Source: Podarcis tiliguerta
Taxonomy: Eukaryota
Length of the DNA stretch: 64,000 nucleotides
Reading direction: 5' to 3' (one strand)
Assembly: GCA_965153285.1 (NCBI GenBank)
Contig: OZ229115.1
Made by a program: the position numbers and the translations under genes. This document shows, in pieces, positions 1-11,696 of this stretch (positions within the stretch are counted from its first letter, which is position 1; each line of letters opens with the position of its first letter). The notes under the pieces are model-generated. The model made no database searches. It worked only from the letters and a program-made list of their open reading frames with translations, and had not been told where the DNA came from.

Positions 1-434
1 TAGTACTATGGGCATGAGGTGAACAAACCTAAAGCTGCACTTCCTATTTCTCTTTCCTCCTGTGCAGCTGGGAAATAAATGCCTGCTGCATTTTCTTTGA
101 ATTTTGTGAATCCTAGCTTGTCATGAGGTGCTAATCAGAATCAAGGTTTAAAATAAACTTGTAAGCTTCAAAGTTAGTAAACTTTAAACCATGGGTAATG
201 ACACTGGCTTTAACTAATCAGAGTTTGTTATTAAACTGTGCTGTCTTGAAATTAAACACAGCAGAAGTCTTCCCAAACCTTGTGGAAGTGGGAAGGGATA
301 ACTGTAAAGCTAGTAACTTTGATTGGGCTCATTCTGGTTTGTACTTGTAGCACAAAACAATTTTTCATAATTTTAGTATCCTAGTTAAATGTAGAGCCTC
401 TAGCACAAGATAGATTAATGGTTTTCTATTCCAG

Positions 435-512
435 GTACTGGCTTGCAAATTCCTCCAGCTGCACAGCAAGCTCTGCAGATGAGTGGATCATTAGCATTTA
501 GCGCTGTAGCAG
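435..512 (+). CDS. RBM39: RBM39 internal exon (GTGLQIPPAAQQALQMSGSLAFSAVA)
   Basis: ttccag|GTACTGGC ... GTAGCAG|gtaaaa. Confidence 0.95.
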
Positions 513-1132
513 GTAAAATTGTTTTTTCTAAATACTGTATTCTGGAAGTTATTCTTAAGGAAGATAACTTACTCACCTGTTGATTATGATATGTTAGCTG
601 ATTTGCACAACCACAGCAATTTTCTGTATCACTTTATTTAATTTATTTCAATTATATACCACTTAGTCACAGAAATTGCTAAGCGGGGTACAAACAGATT
701 ACAAAAGTAACAGTGAATAAAATTTTATGCAGGAAATAAAATTAATCATAAAAACAGAATGTATTTAAATGCCTGCTGAAATAGAAAGGTTTTCAGGCCC
801 CTGAAGTTCAACTATCAGAGGGCCCTGTATAATATCAGTTGTGAGGGAGTTCTACAGAATCAGGCCCACAGTACTGAATGTGCAGCTCCAGGGGGATATG
901 AACTGCATATCTGAGCCATGGGAGACCACTATCAAGCAGGGATATAAGGTATCCTGGGCTCAGAATGTTAAGGGCTTTGTAAATTATACAAGAACCTTGA
1001 ACTTGGCCTAGTAACATGGACAGCCAGTGTGAACTTTGAAGTGCCAAATTTATGTGCTGATGATAATACAGGATTTAGCACCTGCTGGAGCTTCTAGAGT
1101 GATGATGATGATGATAGTAATTATTATTATTA

Positions 1133-1163
<31 letters not shown>

Positions 1164-4100
1164 TACATACATACATACATACATACATACATACCCTGCC
1201 CAATTATAGCCCCACATAGAGCACATTGTAGTAATGAGTTTTGAGGCTACTAGTGATCAGGCTATCCCTGTCCAAGAACAGCCATAGTTGATAACCATAA
1301 CTTGTAAAAGGCACTCCTAGTCACTGAGTCTACCTGAGCCTAAAGTGACAGAGAACCCCTGAATTATGAACCTGTTCTTTCAGAGAGCGTACATATAATC
1401 GTGTCCAGAATAGGCAGGATATACAGGACACATTTCACATAACCAGTCTTGAATTGCTTGTGAAATTTTCATATGACATCTTTCTTTTATTGCTTCTTGT
1501 CTGCTAGCTTATGCAATACACAGTGACAAATTTTCTTAGAGGAATGGTTGGTACTCTTTAGAGCATTAAGGGGTGTGAGAGAGAAATTTGCATTCCAAAT
1601 ATTATATTGAAATGTTCTTTGCAATATTTTTCTTTAGATTTACAGACACGACTTTCACAGCAGAGTGAAGGTGAGACTGATTTTGAATAGAGTTGTGTAT
1701 TGCTAGAAAGACAAGCATTTACAATTCCACCTGCCTGAGAGCAAGGACAAGTGCTCCTTACTACTTGTGAGAGGAACTCTCAGGAGCTTTAGACCGTTCC
1801 CAACAGTTTGGATAAGAAAAGATATAGCATGAATTTATCCTGTTTCTTTCCCTGTCCAAGCCTTGGACACAGGAGAAAACTTCCACTGCATTCAGCCTAT
1901 CATACTTGGCTTCAGAACTTGGTAGCAAGGAGAAATGGATGCTCACCTAGTTAAGGTGATATTAGTGGATCCAGTATGAAGATGACATTTGAGCTGTTGT
2001 CTTTTGTTAAAGTAAATAATAAAGAACTGGGTCAGATAGAAAAGGTTTATTTCTATTTTCCAGTTCCTCTTCTAAAAGAATTTCATTTTTCACCAATTCT
2101 GGTGTGGACGTGCTGACACTCAAAAACCTATACAATACACTATTGGGATTTTGGGTGTAGTCTTATTGTTCTCAGGCAGTCCACTCAGTTGTACTCTACT
2201 TGCTCCAGGGCCATTTCTGAGTTGGATCTTAATTTTGTAAAGCATAGGCTCTTTTGATCTAAGGACATTTATGCAAACTTATTTGTCTGGTGCAAGATGA
2301 AGGAAGAAATAAACAGTTGACAGTCTCCCTAGTTAAAGGAGCCATATGTTGTTTTATTGGAGCCCCTTTGACACTCCCCCCCCCCCGGCATTATTTACGA
2401 CTTTAGTAAAGCAAAATGTATGTGCAATATTCAAATAACAAGCCCTGCCAATGGAAGCCTTTGCAAGAACTTATCCTGCTCCTAAATTGGTTGAGGGGCA
2501 GGGAACACCCTGGAAACAGTGCACAGGGGGAGAAAAAGAGAGATAATTGCATCAGAAATTCCAACAGAGCAATCTGCTTAGCACAATGTTGAATTCCTCC
2601 CTATATGTTTCAGACAGTATCTTGTCCTCAGAAATGGGGATGGGAGTAGGCCTATTGAAGTTAATAAGGCATGTTAAAGTTAGGTTCATTAACTTTGGCA
2701 CCTCAGCTCTAAGTAGGACTTACTTTATTACAACCCGTGAATTCAGATCGCTGTTCAAGTTACTTGGTGCTTCTTGACAGGGACATAATGCAGTCAGTTT
2801 ACTTGTTAGCACAGTGCTCAACAAATTGAATGCAAAATATATCTCCTGACCTCCTTGCCCATATTAAAGCCTTTGAACTAGAACTCCAGTTTTTAAAAAT
2901 TTGAATGTGAAAGACTGCTTATTAGGAACTGTATTCTTGCAACCTTGGTTTTCTATTTTGTAATGTCGTATTATGATAAATTTTCAATAGAGTTTGCCCT
3001 GATACTTTTAAAGTCTTAGTTGTAATCTGAGGGTGGAATTCGGCATTGTGATATTCCAAACGTTCTGCCTGTGCAAGTGTATCAGCTTGCCAGGGGGACC
3101 AATCTGCCTCCGCTGGCATGCCTCTCACAGCCAATTGCGGGGGAGGGAAAGAAATGAAGAAAGTCTGTTACGCACAGGGCTTCTGCTGACAGGGCTTTTA
3201 GGTGTATCCCACCCTGAATTTTGTGCTTCTTAAAATAAGGAGAAACTTACTCTACACTTTCCTCTCCAGTGTTGGCTGCAGCTGCTTCTGTACAACCACT
3301 TGCAACACAGTGCTTCCAGCTCTCCAATATGTTTAATCCTCAAACGTAAGTTAATCTCTCTCTCTCCTTTTGTAAAATCTGTTTTATTTCTCTATTTTCA
3401 GTATACATATGAAGAATGATTAATTAATTTGTGTATTGTCTTACTCTTCAGTGAAGAAGACGCTGGCTGGGATACAGAAATTAAGGATGATGTGATTGAG
3501 GAGTGTAACAAACATGGAGGCGTTGTCCATATTTATGTAGACAAAAATTCAGCTCAGGTATGTTGATTAAATCAGTACCCAAAGGTGGTAACTTCTATCT
3601 GTTCCTATACTTCTACAAGATGTGGCTATACACCACTGTACTACTAATAGTATGGTCAAGTACTTTGGGAGCATTTTATGTTCTACAAACAGACCAGACT
3701 AAAGTATTCTCTGTGTGATGCCAGAAAACACTGTTACTCAGTTGTCAGTGAACAAAATATCTATACAGTGGTACCTCAAATTAAGTACTTAATTCGTTCC
3801 GGAGGTCCAGAGCATGATTTCTGTTCTCATCCTGAAGCAAAGTTCTTAACCCGGGGTACTATTTCTGGGTTAGCGGAGTCTGTAACCTGAAGCATATGTA
3901 ACCCAGGGTACCACTGTACAGACATTGATTCAATTACTATTTACATCATTGCAAGGTTAAAATACATGCTTATGAATCCTGAATCACTGGCTGCAAAGAA
4001 TATAGGTTCAGTAAGTGCTGCATGGACACAGTAATTCAGTTTTACTAGCAAACCGGAGGTTAGACTAACCCCTTTCCAACCCTGGAAGGAGCGTGGGGAG

Positions 4101-6290
4101 TGTTCATGTGACACACCACACCACAGCTGACACACTAACATGTCATGACACAGTTTGGAAAGCTCTGCCATAGACCATCTCAGTTAAAGGAAAAAAAGAT
4201 GACACTTTGAAACCTAAGTGAGATTTGCATGCACCTAAAACTTTGATGGGGAACCTGTAGTACTCCAGATGTTGTTGAACTCCCAACCTACCTCAGTCAA
4301 CATGGCTAGTGGTCAGAGATGATGGGAATTGTAGTCCAGAAACAACTGAAATACCACAGATTCCCCATCTCTGCCCTACAAAATCATGTAGGAGCGCTCC
4401 TTAATCTAGTTCTGCTTTCAGATGCACAGGTGGCTATGTGCTCACCTTTGACTGATATGCCAGATACAACCATTCCTGATGAAACTGGACCATGCCACAG
4501 TCTTTCAAGCCTTTGTTACCTTTTTGTGGCACTGCCCTTTAAAAGCTTTTGGAAACTTCAGTTGGTACAAAATGCTACCATCAGACCTTTGTATCAGGTT
4601 AAACATTCAGAACAAATTGCTTTTCTTTTTTCTTTTCTTTTTTTCTTTTTTTGATTACTTGCATGATGTACTTTAGCATAAGCTGCCTTGAATTAACTTT
4701 GTGCAGAAAAGGCAGGATATAAGTATATTAAATTCATTTGATGGATTAAAATATTTATTCACATTTAATCTGTAGTTTAGTTCCAGCAACTTGAATTGTT
4801 GATTTCTGTTGATCTGCAAGTGAATGGTTCTGTTAAATGCAGTAAATGTTGTTTGTATTTCAGGGTAATGTGTATGTCAAATGCCCTTCCATAGCTGCAG
4901 CAATTGCAGCTGTCAATGCATTACATGGAAGGTGGTTTGCAGGTATGTGAACTGAAGTTGTTTATTACTACTATTATTATTAGAATTAGAATTTATATAC
5001 CGCCCTATTACCCTCAGGTAATATTTGCCTTGTTGCTGTCTAACAGGTAATAGGTATAGATTAGCAGCTGGGACTTTGAGAAATAAATAGTTAGGGGAGT
5101 TGTTTCTTAGAACACCACCTATAAAACTTGGTAATCACAAGTACTTGGGGGAAGTGGTATCAGTTTGCAGGCTTCCACTGAGAACGACAGCATCTCTACC
5201 ATACTTCTTGCAAATTTATCTTCAGAGCTAGTAAGCCAGTGCCCTTAGAACACATGTTGATTTGGGCTGCTTAAATAAGTTCTAGTACTTTTAATTGTCT
5301 AGATTTATGATTTGCAGTTGAACTCAGATGGGATTGACATTTTTGGGAAGAAGGTTATTTCTTCCCACTTGGGCAATTGCTGGGTGAGATATATAGCCCT
5401 TCCACCTGTTTTCAGTTTGCCATCCCTTACCCAGGATACTTTCCCAACAATTATATTACAAGAGTATCAACAGTTCCATTTAAGTTTAGTGTAGCCTTTG
5501 ATACCCCATCCTTCTTTGCCAGACAGATTTTTGTACGTTACAGCAGTGGTTTTCAAGCAGTGTGCTGTGTCACCCTGGGGTGCCTTGAATGATGGTCAGG
5601 GGTGCCACGGGCAACACTGGCCCCTGTCCGTCTTTCTTTCCCTCCCCCTTCTAATGCCTTCTTGCGTCTCTCCCTCTCAAAAGGCTTGCACAGCTGTTAG
5701 TTGCAGCAGACCCGACTACAAGCTCCCCGGTTTCTCTGGGGCTGGCCAGGGGGTGCTTCCCAGGCCCCTGTAAGGCAGTGTAAGGAGGCACCTTTCCCTG
5801 CAGCACCTGACCATCATTCAAGGCCCCCCCCCCCCCCGGGGGGGCGGTGGCCACGGCACACTGGTTGAAAACCCCTGCCTTACTCAGTGATATTTTACTG
5901 TTAACTTACTGTAACCTTAATATTTTTTTCATTGGACTGATTAACAAGCTCTAATTCTGGAAAGTATTGCTCTTGTTGGACAGATAATTTTTATGGTTTT
6001 TTTCTTCTTTTTGTTGTTGAAAACCTCCCTGAGCATTGCAGATGCATTGTGAGGATAGAAGTTTACTAAAACAATAGTCCTTGGAGGTCTTGTAATGAAC
6101 TTCATAGGCATTGCACCTTTCTCATTTTGTTCATTCTTGTTTAAAAAGTAAGCAAGAATTTTAAGCAGTTTTCCCCTCGTTTCTTTTAGGTAAAATGATC
6201 ACAGCAGCGTACGTACCACTTCCAACATACCACAACCTTTTCCCTGATTCTATGAATGCAACCCAGCTCTTGGTTCCTGCTCGGCGATGA
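435..6290 (+). CDS. RBM39: RNA-binding protein 39 (CAPERalpha), 3' part: join(435..512,1638..1670,3270..3345,3452..3557,4864..4942,6190..6290); 5' exons lie upstream of the window
   Basis: Spliced translation GTGLQIPPAAQQALQMSGSLAFSAVA-DLQTRLSQQSE-VLAAAASVQPLATQCFQLSNMFNPQT-EEDAGWDTEIKDDVIEECNKHGGVVHIYVDKNSAQ-GNVYVKCPSIAAAIAAVNALHGRWFA-GKMITAAYVPLPTYHNLFPDSMNATQLLVPARR* matches the RBM39 C-terminal UHM/RRM3; all introns GT-AG with consistent phases. Confidence 0.97.
635..1400 (-). mobile_element. Degenerate L2-type LINE 3' fragments in an RBM39 intron
   Basis: Typical squamate L2 3' motifs (tttatt tail, aatgcctg...aaaggttttc, accttgaacttggcc) interrupted by a microsatellite. Confidence 0.55.
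1100..1194. repeat. Compound microsatellite (GAT)n(ATT)n(ATTT)n(ATAC)n
   Basis: Seen directly. Confidence 0.95.
1638..1670 (+). CDS. RBM39: RBM39 33-nt exon (DLQTRLSQQSE)
   Basis: tctttag|ATTTACAG ... AGTGAAG|gtgaga. Confidence 0.93.
3270..3345 (+). CDS. RBM39: RBM39 exon (VLAAAASVQPLATQCFQLSNMFNPQT)
   Basis: ctctccag|TGTTGGCT ... CCTCAAAC|gtaagt. Confidence 0.94.
3452..3557 (+). CDS. RBM39: RBM39 exon (EEDAGWDTEIKDDVIEECNKHGGVVHIYVDKNSAQ)
   Basis: tcttcag|TGAAGAAG ... GCTCAG|gtatgt. Confidence 0.96.
3766..3916. mobile_element. Tc1/mariner (Tigger-like) MITE
   Basis: TIR CAGTGGTACC...GGTACCACTG flanked by TA on both sides. Confidence 0.85.
4241..4373. mobile_element. Palindromic hAT (Charlie/MER5-like) MITE, old copy
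   Basis: gatggggaacct ... agattccccatctctg; flanks acctaaaa/ccctacaa resemble an 8-bp TSD; same family as 19546 and 25032. Confidence 0.7.
4480..4730 (+). mobile_element. L2 LINE 3' fragment
   Basis: Translates to ALPFKSFWKLQLVQNA (L2 ORF2 C-terminal motif) followed by an L2-type tail. Confidence 0.6.
4864..4942 (+). CDS. RBM39: RBM39 exon (GNVYVKCPSIAAAIAAVNALHGRWFA)
   Basis: atttcag|GGTAATG ... TTTGCAG|gtatgt; contains the UHM RWF motif. Confidence 0.96.
5544..5877. mobile_element. Non-autonomous hAT element
   Basis: TIR CAGTGGTTTTCAA...TTGAAAACCCCTG; subterminal inverted repeat CCTTGAATGATGGTCAGG / CCTGACCATCATTCAAGG. Confidence 0.8.
6190..6290 (+). CDS. RBM39: RBM39 terminal coding exon, stop TGA 6288-6290
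   Basis: cttttag|GTAAAATG ... CGGCGATGA. Confidence 0.96.
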
Positions 6291-7154
6291 AGATGGATTT
6301 AGTCAGTTTTGTACATAGCTATTTTTGAAGGAAGACTTGAGTTACCTTTTTAATTAGAAGAAGACAAAAGGAAAGGCTGTAAAGTCCTTTTGTGTACATT
6401 TCCTGTTACTTTTAAACGAAAAACAAAAAATAGAGTAAGCAGGAATGCTGTGTGTTCATTCTCTTGATTAGCATTCCCACTGTATACAAAGCTGACTACT
6501 TGTTCTGCCTTGTAATTCTTGTACATTTAGAACATTTGGCTAAAGTGATCTGTAGGAACAGATGTAGCTCATAGAAAAGATTTTTCTGTAAAAGGTGGAC
6601 AGGACATAAATTTTAATGTTTCACAAGCCTTTTCTTTTAATGCAGGTATTACATTTTACATTCACCTAAATGTAGATGCTCTGCTAAAGGTTAATATCAG
6701 ATTTAACTGGACATATTTAGTGTGTTTTGTATGGATCAAAAATTTGAGAGGCTACTGAGTGATTTCTTTGGCCAGCTGTTCTGCTCACTTAATGTTGACC
6801 AGTTGGCAAAATTTGGAGGATTATAGAAGACTTTATTTCTAGATGGTAACTTTTGATTGTCTCTGTAAAAGTTTCTTGTAAATAAGGTGTAAGGTGTGTT
6901 TAGAATTCCAAACAAAGCTATCTCTGCATTTCCAGATTAAAGTTCCATTGATTGCAGGGAATGTACCTAAGTTTGAAAGTTGAAGTAGGAAATGCAGGAA
7001 TATATTTTGTCTGGTTGCATATAATCTGCTCTTTTTTAAGCTCTGTGAGCTCTGAAATATATTTTTGGGTTACTTCAATGTGTTTGACAAAACAGCTTGA
7101 TATTTCTATCAACAAATGACTTTCATATTGCAATGATCTTTGTAAGAACCACTC

Positions 7155-7160
7155 AATAAA
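7155..7160 (+). terminator. RBM39: RBM39 polyadenylation signal AATAAA (3'UTR ~6291-7180)
   Basis: Canonical AATAAA ~870 nt after the stop; context TGTAAGAACCACTCAATAAAA resembles the mammalian RBM39 mRNA end (from memory). Confidence 0.75.
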
Positions 7161-8745
7161 ATTCTCCTAAAGGCCTCCAAAAGCATTATTTTTGAGAACT
7201 CAAATTAGGTGTAACCAGAAAAATGCAAATTGTGAATAGTTAAAATGCTGGAAAATGAGCAACAGTTTGAGCTTCTCTTTCCCTCCCTCTGTTCACCTTA
7301 GTGCACTCAGTTTTTCCTTACACACATCCACCAGAATTTCTTAGTTTAAAAACCAAGCTACATTTTGCATGGTGTAGAGGAGGGGTCCCTAACCACCTTG
7401 AGCCTACAGGCACATTTGGAATTTCAGGAGTGTTTGCATGACCACAGATTGACTGCTGCTGTTACTAAATGTTGGAAGCATACACAGCTATCATCTTCTC
7501 TTGCCCAAATGAGACATGGGACAGACGAAGTTCACCAATGGAGGGGGAAAACCTAGTGAGGCCTGCCTGTTAGTTGGAGCAGTGTACTACTCTGCTCAGC
7601 ACAAGTAGTGCAGAAGCAAGTCCATACCCAGTGTTGTATCATCTCTTACTCCTCACAATGACTTTGATGGCCTTTTCTTCTTCTGGACTACTCTATAATG
7701 TCTATGTGGATGGCAAAGGTTGCCAGTTGGGTACTTATAACTCCCATGTGTCAATTCCAGTGAACACAAAAAAATCGAACTTAGGTTCACCTCTCTGCCG
7801 CTAACAGCCATGCAGCTGTTAAAGCTCGAATTGCAACATAGGATATCACGTAAATAACCTATCTGTAAAGTGTGTGGCCCTTGACAACTGATGGAAAGCT
7901 TTTTTAAACATTTTTAAACTAAAAGTTTTGTTAATTTGGTTCTATCTTGAGAAGGCTATGCTCAGACAAATTTGAAACTCTAAATGAGAAACTGTAAAAA
8001 TGAATTATTTTATAAGTGACATCATTCAGTTGGGTGGCACCCTATATAACTATGCCTATTAAGTGAAAATAGTTAATCTGGTGAATATGCGAAATCAATT
8101 CACAACATACCCAAACAAGTTCTCATTTTCTTGTGTTATTTAATTATCCCCTTCTCTCAAAGGCGTAAGAGGGCCTGAGCTCCCCTTCTATAATAGTAGT
8201 GATCCAATCCTACAGTAGGAAGTTCTTGTTACCACCAAGTGGAAAGCTATGGACTTCTTTAAACATGCAATGAAAATTACTTTTACTCTCCTAGAATAAG
8301 TGCAACTTAAACATGAAACTGTTATTAGGCTTACACTGCAAACACTTGGTACCAACTTCTTTTGATTATCCATGCAATGATTCAAATTCATCCTGTCACA
8401 TACACGCTTTCGTCCAATTTTATTCCACCTCCATAAACTTGGGATTTTTGCAAAAATTCAAGCCTCCCTGGTTTGGCTTACAAAATCACGGACAGAAGAT
8501 TCCTTTGATAAACAATGGCTGATCTTGTAATAAACTAATCATACCCACGCAGGAAACACTTGATACCAATTAAAAAGCATCTTCTAATAGGTATGATTCC
8601 TATAATTGATCATTTATTTGAGGTCACATCCATAGAGATTCACTGTATACAGAGATTCCATTACTTCTAAATCTCCACTGCCTTTGCCACTTTTGTTACG
8701 GAGAAAAAGATTTACAAACTCTTGCCAAAACAATAAAGCCTGAAA

Positions 8746-8789
8746 TTTATTTTGATGGATTATTCAATCCTGGTGCAGAGATTTTTATT
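8746..8789 (-). terminator. ROMO1: Candidate ROMO1 poly(A) signals (AATAAA on minus strand at 8784-8789 and 8746-8751)
   Basis: TTTATT on + strand about 60-100 nt past the stop codon. Confidence 0.6.
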
Positions 8790-8850
8790 CTACTACATAG
8801 CAGAACTTCCAACTTGCAGGGGCATTGGTCTTCGTGATAGAAAAGTAACA

Positions 8851-8959
8851 TTAACAGCGGATTCCCATGCCAATTGCCATAAATGTCCCAAAAGTTCCAC
8901 CACTCTGCATCATGGTTTTGCCAACACCACCCATCAGTTCTCGCCCTCTCATGCCAAAC
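8851..8959 (-). CDS. ROMO1: ROMO1 last coding exon
   Basis: Minus strand ctttttag-like acceptor ending at 8960, then GTTTGGCATGAGA ... CGCTGTTAA. Confidence 0.96.
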
Positions 8960-9901
8960 CTAAAAGAGAAGAAACAATGACAGAGGTGGTTACTTCCCAC
9001 AATAATCACCGGGAAATAATTTTGTATCTGATTACTGGGAAATGAAATCAACGTAAAAAAAATTCACTAATTTTGAGTGGGTACTTTGGAGTGACCTACA
9101 CAGCAAATTAGCTCATAGTAAGCACTGGGTGGTCTGCCAGCCAGTGCAACTTAACAAACAGAAGCACTTCCCATAAACTAAACTCTAATTCAAAGAGAAG
9201 AGGTTAATGATAGGTCATTTGAAAACACACATCTTTTTAAGATTTAGTATTAATCCCAAACCCCACCCTTTACTTTGCTAGTACATATACACCAACACAG
9301 TTTAAGAGTACAAAGTTTTAGTACTAATTATTCTCCAGCTGAAGTAATTTCTACTATAGATTTTATCTAAAGCTTTATACTCATGAATGTGTCTTGCTCT
9401 TAGAAATGTACAGGATTGCAGTCATGGTCTGTTATCTGGCAACAATCCGCAGAATAGATGGGGAAGTAAGCATAAAAGATTGTTAAGTACAGGTGGTGGC
9501 CATTTGGGGCACATCCAATTAACATGCAATCGCTGACACATGGGTCCTTATGGACTTGGAAGAGTGCAGACCATGGCCGTAATGAGGGCGGGACACACTT
9601 ATATCTGCATCTCTGACTCATGCTGGGCTGGAAACTGAATCCCTGCTCAAAATGGTTACCCCTTGTGATATGATCATATTGCATTATTTTGCTCTGTTCC
9701 TAAGCCAGGAAAGGTAACGAAGAAGATTCTTCTTAGGATTTATGTTGCATTCAACTACATTCCAACATACCTGAGACAAGAAAATGTGCCGAACAGTGCA
9801 CCTGCTGCCATACCAACAGCAAAGCCCATCATGAAGCCCATTTTCACTCTGTCAAAGCAACTGGGTTGGGATTGGCCATATGGCCCCACTGTCACAGGCA
9901 T
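8851..9901 (-). CDS. ROMO1: Reactive oxygen species modulator 1 (Mgr2 family, TIM23-associated), 79 aa: complement(join(8851..8959,9771..9901))
   Basis: [79 protein letters not shown]; near-identical to vertebrate ROMO1; GT-AG intron 8960-9770. Confidence 0.97.
9771..9901 (-). CDS. ROMO1: ROMO1 first coding exon (ATG directly at the acceptor)
   Basis: Minus strand tttttag|ATGCCTGTG ... TGTCTCAG|gtatgt. Confidence 0.96.
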
Positions 9902-11432
9902 CTAAAAATATAAAAAAATACTTAAATAATATCAATTGCTTCCATGCAGAAGATAATCCACATCACCAGTGTGGATGGACCACTCTAAATATGAAAGTGT
10001 GATCAATGTACATGACTGTTATGAATAACAAAGGTGAAAAAGAAGTCCCTGCACCAAGAAATTTTCAACAGTAGCACCATAAGAATTCATAATTTGATTT
10101 GCTTCATCCAAAATAAAACTTGCTACAAATGTCTCTTTTTATGGAAGTTGTAGTTATGGGGGAATGTGGTTCTATTTAGACCACAAAGATTTTCTCAAAA
10201 TGCCCCAGGTAGGCAAATGAGTTAAACATGCAGTAATCACTACCTGTGTGAAGAGACGGTAATTAGTTTCCTGCACTAAACTTAGTACTGTATTATTCTG
10301 TCACATTTTCTTTGGGATTGCCAATCAACTGTGTGATAGAAATGTACAAATGATGAATGCGAGTCAGTTAAGGACTAGGCTGAAAAGCACTTTGAACTCA
10401 ACATTATTAATTTTTTAAAAAAAGTTTTAATTTCATTTTGCAAAATTTAACTGTTACAAATCAACTTCATTGAATGAACAGCAACTTAGAAATGAACTAT
10501 AAACTTTGAGATTTTAAGCTATTTCCATTTACTACCCCGTCTGGTCTCTTAAGAAATACTTAGACAAAGTTCTACTTTGCAACTGTTTAAATTATTAAAT
10601 GTTTAAATTAAGGAGCAATACTTTCCCAGTATGTAACACTTGTAGTAGTTTAGCAAGCAGAAGTTCAAACACACAAGTTGCCAACAATTCCAAACCAAAA
10701 GGGCCTGACAACAGGGCAAATATACTGTTAACATTAGCTTGAAGGATGTATATCCCCACTGAATCTTCCAGGGAGTTCAGCTGCTTTAGCCATTATTTGT
10801 ATTGTGGTGCAATCTAGACCTTGAACTCGCAGACGCTTACGTAATGCTTTTTATATTTAAAAAACAACACACCAAAAAGCCAGCAGCATAGCCATTCTAA
10901 TTTAAAGATTAAAATCCCTATATTCTTGCTTATCTCTTGTGCGAGTATCAGCAATTTCCTCCAATATGGAGAAACGGACCAGTTTCTGGAAACACTGCCG
11001 CTTTTAAAGGGATACAGAGACGAAAAGAGGAATAATTCACAAAAGACTGACAGATCTTTGTTGGGGATGTGCGGGGGAGGGGGCGCAATAAGATGGGCTC
11101 CAGAATAACACCCGCGACTTTATAATTTTTAGGTTACGTGGCAACGAACACCGAGGTCTTTAAATATCGTGCGTTTAAGGGCGCGCGTTATCTTTCTGTC
11201 CCACTTGCTTATTGAGTTTCTCAGTTTCGCTGAAACCACGAAGACCAACGACGCGGGGAAAGGCTCGGGAGACGAGAACGACGCAAACGGCGGCATCGTA
11301 TGGCAACCGAAAGAGACCCCACCCCACCCCCACCCGGATGCCCAACGTCAGAAAGCCCCCCCTGGACCACCTCGCTCTCTGGGCCCGCCTGCAAACAGCC
11401 TTTTCCCTGCTTCTGCCCTCGTCCCCCCTCAC

Positions 11433-11510
11433 CTCGACCACTCCGCGCTTCGTTCCACCCGAGTTTCCCTCAGCGCGGCCTGCGCTTCCGTCGCACTCCG
11501 ATTACGTCGC
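11433..11510 (-). other. ROMO1: Probable ROMO1 non-coding exon 1 (5' end approximate)
   Basis: Minus-strand donor GAG|GTGAGG at 11433/11432 inside the CpG island; the coding exon starts at an acceptor, so an upstream non-coding exon is required. Confidence 0.65.
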
Positions 11511-11605
11511 AGGAAACGGTTCTCCCGGGGGGGGGGAGGCGAAGAGGCGAGCGTCGTCGTTGTGGGTGCCTGTCGGCTGGGCGAAGGACGGGAGGCGGAG
11601 TGACG

Positions 11606-11696
11606 ATGATGGCGGTGCGGCCGGCGACATGGCGGGCTCTGAGAGGACTGCTAGCCGGCCAAAGGAGGCGGCTTTCAGTGGTTCCGCAGCAGCAAG
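11606..11696 (+). CDS. NFS1: NFS1 exon 1 coding part (presequence [30 protein letters not shown])
   Basis: ATG ATG G start; donor CAAG|gtaacg; phase 1 fits exon 2. Confidence 0.88.

Noticed and set aside
5824-5844. Poly-C/poly-G mini-palindrome
   Set aside because: Lies in a hAT subterminal repeat; homopolymer expansion or sequencing noise
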